Shown here in pieces: positions 58,498 to 64,000 of a stretch of DNA of 64,000 nucleotides. Location of the stretch: positions 41,044,001 to 41,108,000 of the forward strand of contig OZ024744.1 of the NCBI GenBank assembly GCA_964016885.1. The letters run 5' to 3'. Below the pieces are notes generated by a model that worked only from the letters and a program-made list of their open reading frames with translations, was not told the DNA's origin and did not search any database. The DNA comes from Eledone cirrhosa. Its lineage: Eukaryota. The position numbers and the translations under genes are program-made. How positions within the stretch are numbered: the stretch's first letter is position 1; every line of letters begins with the position of its first letter.

Positions 58498-58974
58498 ATT
58501 ATCAATGTTTGCACATATAATTAACCTCCTATTCAACTGAACACAACTTTGATAATTGTATAATATATTTATTTTCCTGCTCTGTAAAACAACTGATGTT
58601 TATACATTGAGCTATTTCTCTTACTGGTAATAAGGTAATTAAGAAATTAGTTGTTTATACTATATACATAACTATAAATAGTATTATTATTATATATAGA
58701 TATATAAAGTTATATCTGTAAATATGCAGGGTAAGTAACCAAGATTGTGCCAATGTCATCATCATTGTTTTACGTCCGTTCTTCCACGCTAGCATGGGTT
58801 AGACGGGTTGTCCTGTTGTGGACAGTGTCCGGTCGGCTGACCTTGTCTTGCTCATAGGGGAACTGATTCTTTTTTTATTTCTACAGCTGGGTGTTTTTTT
58901 CCGTGGCGCCTACTCATCCACTTTACAGTGTAGGCTGGGGGCTTTTTTGCCGTGGCACCTCCACGACCACTTTG

Positions 58975-59135
58975 CAGTGGAATGATAGGAAACCCAGTCC
59001 TTTCATCTCATTTCTACAGCTGAGTAAACTGGAGCAATGTGAAATAAAGTGTCTTGCTCAAGGAAACAACCGGTCTGAGAATTGAACTCACAACCTTTCG
59101 ATTGCAAGCCCAATTCTCTAACCACTAAGCCATGC
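58975..59135 (-). mobile_element. Second tRNA-derived SINE family (CORE/V-like)
   Basis: TGGCTTAGTGGTTAGAG..GTGAGTTCAATTC..ccttgagcaagacacttta; partial copy 37918-38012. Confidence 0.75.
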
Positions 59136-59164
59136 ACCGTCAATGTGTATATAAATATACACAT

Positions 59165-59512
59165 TTTAATATATGGAGATGTAAACATACCAGAAAATAT
59201 GAATTTCCCTGTAAATTGAAGAAATGATAAACACATTTAGTTGAGTCCGCATTAAAATGTGTGTATATTATCTAAACAAGGAAGCATATATTTGATGAGT
59301 ATATACACCCATTTGTTCGTACTAGTATTCTGAAAAGGACACACTAATTTGCATATAATTAAGGCTTGAGTTAGTAGTTAATTAAGATATATATATACTA
59401 AGAAGTGTGCTGGCAGCTGAAGTGTACAATAGAGTAAAGTGACAAAATGTGTTTATCATTTTTTCAACTTATAGGGAAATTCATATTTTCTGGCATGTTA
59501 AGATTTCTAAAA
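59165..59512. mobile_element. MITE-like element with ~70-bp imperfect TIRs
   Basis: ccagaaaatatgaatttccct..gataaacacattt versus aaatgtgtttatc..agggaaattcatattttctgg. Confidence 0.65.
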
Positions 59513-59514
59513 TG

Positions 59515-60610
59515 GTATGTACATAGGCATTCTATAAAAAACCGTAGACTAGAGAACTCAACGATGCTGGCCAATAAGATCTGGCAGCTTAAGGACATCA
59601 ACCAGGAATATGAGATTAACTGGTAGAAGTTATCGACTGCAAGGGCCTACAAAAATGGAATGTCCCACTGCGGACTTTGCAATATGGAACTGTTCCCTAT
59701 TTTAAAGTATGAGAAAATGCTGCTTAACAACAAAATAGATTGATCAATTTTCTGTAGGCACAAAGCAGCTACCAAGTTCTCTAACTTAAAACCGGCATGA
59801 TTCGATCCAGCAATCTCAGAATTCAAGCAGAATCACCCGGGTTTTAATGTAGTAGTTCCACACCTCTCCCCTGTTATTATCTGTCAACTGACCAACCAAA
59901 CATTAAATCAACATCATAAATCTCCCAAATCTCCTTCTATTCTCGCTCTATAACCACATCACCTCCATTAAGATGAAACAATCAGCCTGCTGACATTAAC
60001 CCTCACCCCTTATATCATCACCGCCCCTTTCACCTTTTATCAATCTACTCCTTCCCCGTCCTTAGCACTACCCCTTATGTCTCATCCTCGAATCCTTATC
60101 TCTTCCTCTCTTACTTATTCTTTATTTTTTATATTTTTTATTTATTTTAATCCTCTGAGATTTGATTATACCTCTTGTATTTATACTACATATGTATTTC
60201 ATATTTCTTTTCCTGTTATTGTTATCTTTACCGTCATCACTATTTTAAACATCCACTTACTCACCATGTTAACTTCAACTACCACCACCACTACTACTAT
60301 TATCAGCAATCATATTCTGTACTTATTTTTTGCTTATTATTTTTTACATCTTTATCATTTTCATTTTAACTTCTTTATTATTATATTTTATTATCTTTTA
60401 TTATTGATGTTATTGCTTTCATTCACTTGATTCTCCAATGTATCGGTAAATACCAGTGCCATGTGTTACATCCTTCAGTATTCCGATGATTTGATCATTT
60501 GATCAGAGACAGACACTGTATTTAAGATCGAGTGACGCAACTTCTAGTGATTAGCAGCCTTTAGATTCACCTAATCAATGAAACAATTGATAATACTGTA
60601 AATAAAACCC
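59515..60610 (+). mobile_element. Naiad PLE 3' remnant with terminal HHR-like motif (60476-60598)
   Basis: NSTMLANKIWQLKD..W..CGLC..E..LLN..CRH; CAGTATT-CCGATGA-TTTGAT..ATCAAT-GAAA-CAATTG-AT-AATACTG-TAAATAAA (cleavage triplet altered). Confidence 0.75.
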
Positions 60611-60696
60611 TTTTTGTATAGTCGACCATGTTATTCTTTATTCTTCACTCTTTCACTACTATGTATATATATATATATCTGTGTGTGTGTGTATAT

Positions 60697-60780
<84 letters not shown>

Positions 60781-60787
<7 letters not shown>

Positions 60788-61450
60788 TAGTATATTTACC
60801 AACATATGCGCACAGATGTACACTAATGCTAGTAAATACATAAGTTATGTCATAGTACCTAGGTGGTTCAATGCAGGGGGATGCAGAACAATTATATGAA
60901 AGACGTAAAATAAGAAAGTTTTAAAAATTAAAAATTAACTTACTTACTAAAATGTTCACTCCAACTAATTACTTTCTGTAATGGGATAAAGATAGTTACG
61001 CAATGTAACCATCGAGAATTCATTACGTCATCAGGGAGTCTATTCTCAGCTAAGTCTTCAGGCAATGCGCGGACACTAGGGACTCATATAAAAATAATAA
61101 TTCGGTGGATGGAAGAGCTAGCGGGGACTGAATTCCATAGCACTGAAAAAGTTCACTGTCTCTGGTCAACTGGCAGATTCTAAAGAATCAATCACGTGAC
61201 ACTGAGGCTAGTCAGAAGGAGTGGGATGGTATTATGACACGAGCCTACTACTACTACAATGAATTAGTGGTGGATTTGGCAAGTTTGCTCAACAAATAAA
61301 TAATTTGGAGATGAATATAGAGTATTAGTATATTTACCAACATATGCGTACAGATGTATACATTGCGTAACAATCTTTATCCCATTACAGAAACTAATTA
61401 GTTGGAGTGAAAATTTTAGTAAGTAAGTTAATTTTTAATTTTTAAAATTA
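60781..61450 (-). mobile_element. Second, circularly permuted copy of the ~535-bp HHR unit (HHR at 60958-61039)
   Basis: Start recurs at ~61321; 61364-61450 is an inverted copy of ~60895-61005. Confidence 0.85.
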
Positions 61451-61464
61451 TCCTATTTTACGTC

Positions 61465-61536
<72 letters not shown>

Positions 61537-61752
61537 AAAGCTGCCATTACTCATACTTCTCTCCTCCTTCACCACCTCTTCTACGGCTTCGATATAAATA
61601 CCCCCTCCGCCTCCGTGGTATTTTCTTCGGGGTTATAAGAGGCTTAGCTCTGTTTCTCGACCGTTGTATCGCGTGACTATCTCCCCCTCCGCCTTTTGGG
61701 ATTCTTTCTCACGTCGTGTAGACGCGTTCTTGAGGCTAGTAAAATGAGGTAT

Positions 61753-61840
61753 CCTCTTGATAAGTTGGCAGACCTCTCAAGGACTCTATATCTTTATGAT
61801 ATATTGTTTTTGTTTATGCCACGAAACTACGTAGTCGAGG
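61753..61840 (+). ncRNA. Hammerhead ribozyme, U3-A8 core, long stem II
   Basis: CCTC-TTGATAA-GTTGGCA...TGCCAC-GAAA-CTACGTAG-TC-GAGG. Confidence 0.8.
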
Positions 61841-61899
61841 AGCAGTTTAGGTATGAAACATTTTATTACTAATTATATCTAAATGTTTCTTCTCTCTTC

Positions 61900-61954
<55 letters not shown>

Positions 61955-62009
61955 GTGAGGTTTTTTTTACAAAATGAAAAATAACCGAGGTGTCCTACAC
62001 GAGTGGAAG

Positions 62010-62305
62010 TATAAAGAAAAAGGGATGAAATCGAAAATGCAACTGAAGTCTTATTTTTTTTTAAAATATATATATTTATTTGGTTCCTTTACCGGTTTCG
62101 CAGTTCTTCTGCTTTTCAAAAGGTGAGTTGAGATGGAGGGTCTGTGGTTTTTCTCACACCAGATGTGAGAAAAACCACAGACCCTCCATCTCAACTCACC
62201 TTTTGAAAAGCAGAAGAACTGCGAAACCGGTAAAGGAACCAAATAAATATATATATTTTTAAAAAAAATAAGACTTCAGTTGCATTTTCGATTTCATCCA
62301 TTTTT

Positions 62306-62312
<7 letters not shown>
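62010..62312. repeat. Near-perfect palindrome (~148-bp arms, ~7-nt loop) with an HHR in each arm
   Basis: Arms reverse-complementary around 62161; ORFs 62051(-) and 62080(+) nearly identical. Confidence 0.95.
62199..62236 (+). ncRNA. Minimal hammerhead ribozyme, U3-A8 core (mirror copy 62086-62123, minus)
   Basis: CCTT-TTGAAAA-GCAG aagaa CTGC-GAAA-CCGG-TA-AAGG..AATAAA. Confidence 0.82.
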
Positions 62313-62381
<69 letters not shown>

Positions 62382-62445
62382 ATATATGTATATATATATA
62401 TATGTATATATATATGTATGTATATATATGTATATATATATATAT

Positions 62446-62897
62446 GCCCTGCTAAAAATAAATGTCCTCTCAACAACCATTGTCTTGATAATAACTTAAT
62501 CTACGAATGTAAAGTTATAACTGACACCAATTCCTTCACCTATTTTGGCTCCACTTCCACCTCCTTTAAAGCTCGTCTTTATAATCATCATTCGTCTTTT
62601 AAATACCAACTTAAAAGAACCAACATGGCTCTCTCAGAACTCATATGGTCCTTGAAAGACAAAAATATTAAATATAACATCTCTTGGAAAAAGGTTTCTT
62701 CTGCTTCCACTTGTTTCTATCCAAGACTTGCAATCTCTGTCTAAATGAAAAAATTACCATTATATCTAATTTAGATTCTATAATAAATAGACGCACTGAC
62801 TTGTTTTCTATCTGCTTGCATAAATTCCACAGAACTTTCAATAAAGTATACAGCTAATATCCTAAACTTTATCAATTCAGAATCCTTTTCTCAAAGC

Positions 62898-62995
<98 letters not shown>

Positions 62996-63669
62996 CTTCT
63001 TTAAAAATATACCCATCTTTCTACCTTATTTCAAAGTTATTTATTATACATTATATAATACTTGTTACTCATTCTATATCACTCCTATTTATCACTTCCC
63101 TTTCTTCCTTTTCCTTTTCTTTTCTGTTTCTTTTCTTTTAATTTCTAACCCCTAATCTGTACCTTTTCTCACTGTGCCTAACATAGAAACAATTATTACA
63201 CAATACAATATATTCTTACTTTATATCAACTTGAAAAAATCGTTCGTAAACATAAACATTTTTTTGACGTTAGATTATTCATCCTCTATTCATTATTTTT
63301 TTTCTCCCTTTTATCTAACTTATTCATGCTCATCTCACAATATATCCTTACTTACATTACTTTTTTTTTTTAATAATACATATCAACATTTTCTTTCCAT
63401 CGCACATATTATTAAACCCTTAAATATTATTCTTAATACATATTAACATTTTCTTTCCATCGCACATATTATTAAACCCTTAAATATTATTCTTAATACA
63501 TATTAACAATTTCTTTTCATCGCACATATTATTAAACCCTTCAATATACAAACCTTAACTTTACATTATTTTTCTCTTCGTTAATTTTCAAATTCTTTTA
63601 ATTTATACATTATCTTCCAACGGTTTTTCAACCTCTCTATGTAAAACAATATATTTTTCTCAGTTATAA

Positions 63670-63706
<37 letters not shown>

Positions 63707-64000
63707 CCCATCTCTCCTCCTATCTCATCCTTCCTCATTATACTCCTCCCCCCTCCACTTTTTACTCTCATCTCCTCCTCTTTTTACTCTCATCTCCTCT
63801 TTTTCATCCTTTCCAACCTCCCCTCCCCCCTAAAAAATTTTTTCCCCAATATCACACATCAATCTAAAACTATTTTTCATATGTTGATTTAAAACTGCAC
63901 TATCCACAAGTGTTTTTAACCTTCATATCATGTCTTCCTATTTTGTCTGATGAAAACACAAATGTTATTGCATGATGATATTTGTTTTTGAAATGCGCAT
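62446..64000 (+). mobile_element. Naiad PLE 3' part: GIY-YIG + long 3' UTR (60-bp tandem repeat at ~63380-63540)
   Basis: [47 protein letters not shown]. Confidence 0.85.
63944..64000 (+). ncRNA. Hammerhead ribozyme, cut by the window edge
   Basis: GT-CTGATGA-AAACACAAATGTTAT..ATGATATTTGTTTTT-GAAA-TGCGCA-T. Confidence 0.75.

Overview
AT-rich, microsatellite-saturated animal genomic DNA. The SINE/LINE repertoire and (TA)n/(CA)n load suggest a cephalopod such as Octopus (inference). No host protein-coding gene can be supported; almost all interpretable sequence is transposon-derived. Main contents: (1) several Penelope-like elements (PLEs), mostly Naiad-type (RT + CxCx5C + GIY-YIG), one near full length at 3500-5618; (2) about 18 hammerhead-ribozyme (HHR) motifs read by eye, many followed by AATAAA at PLE or mini-element 3' ends, including C3U/G8A covariant cores, U4C cores and a recurrent non-canonical CAGAAGA core; (3) a ~535-bp HHR-bearing unit present twice in circularly permuted form (retrozyme-like); (4) an 8.5-kb near-intact Helitron nested in a non-autonomous Helitron, inside a piggyBac-type MITE, inside an HHR-like element; (5) alternating Tx1/L1 and R4/Dong LINEs separated by (TTA)n; (6) RTE and CR1/L2 fragments, tRNA-derived SINEs and a 200-N gap. 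All structures were read manually, so coordinates are approximate to a few bases.
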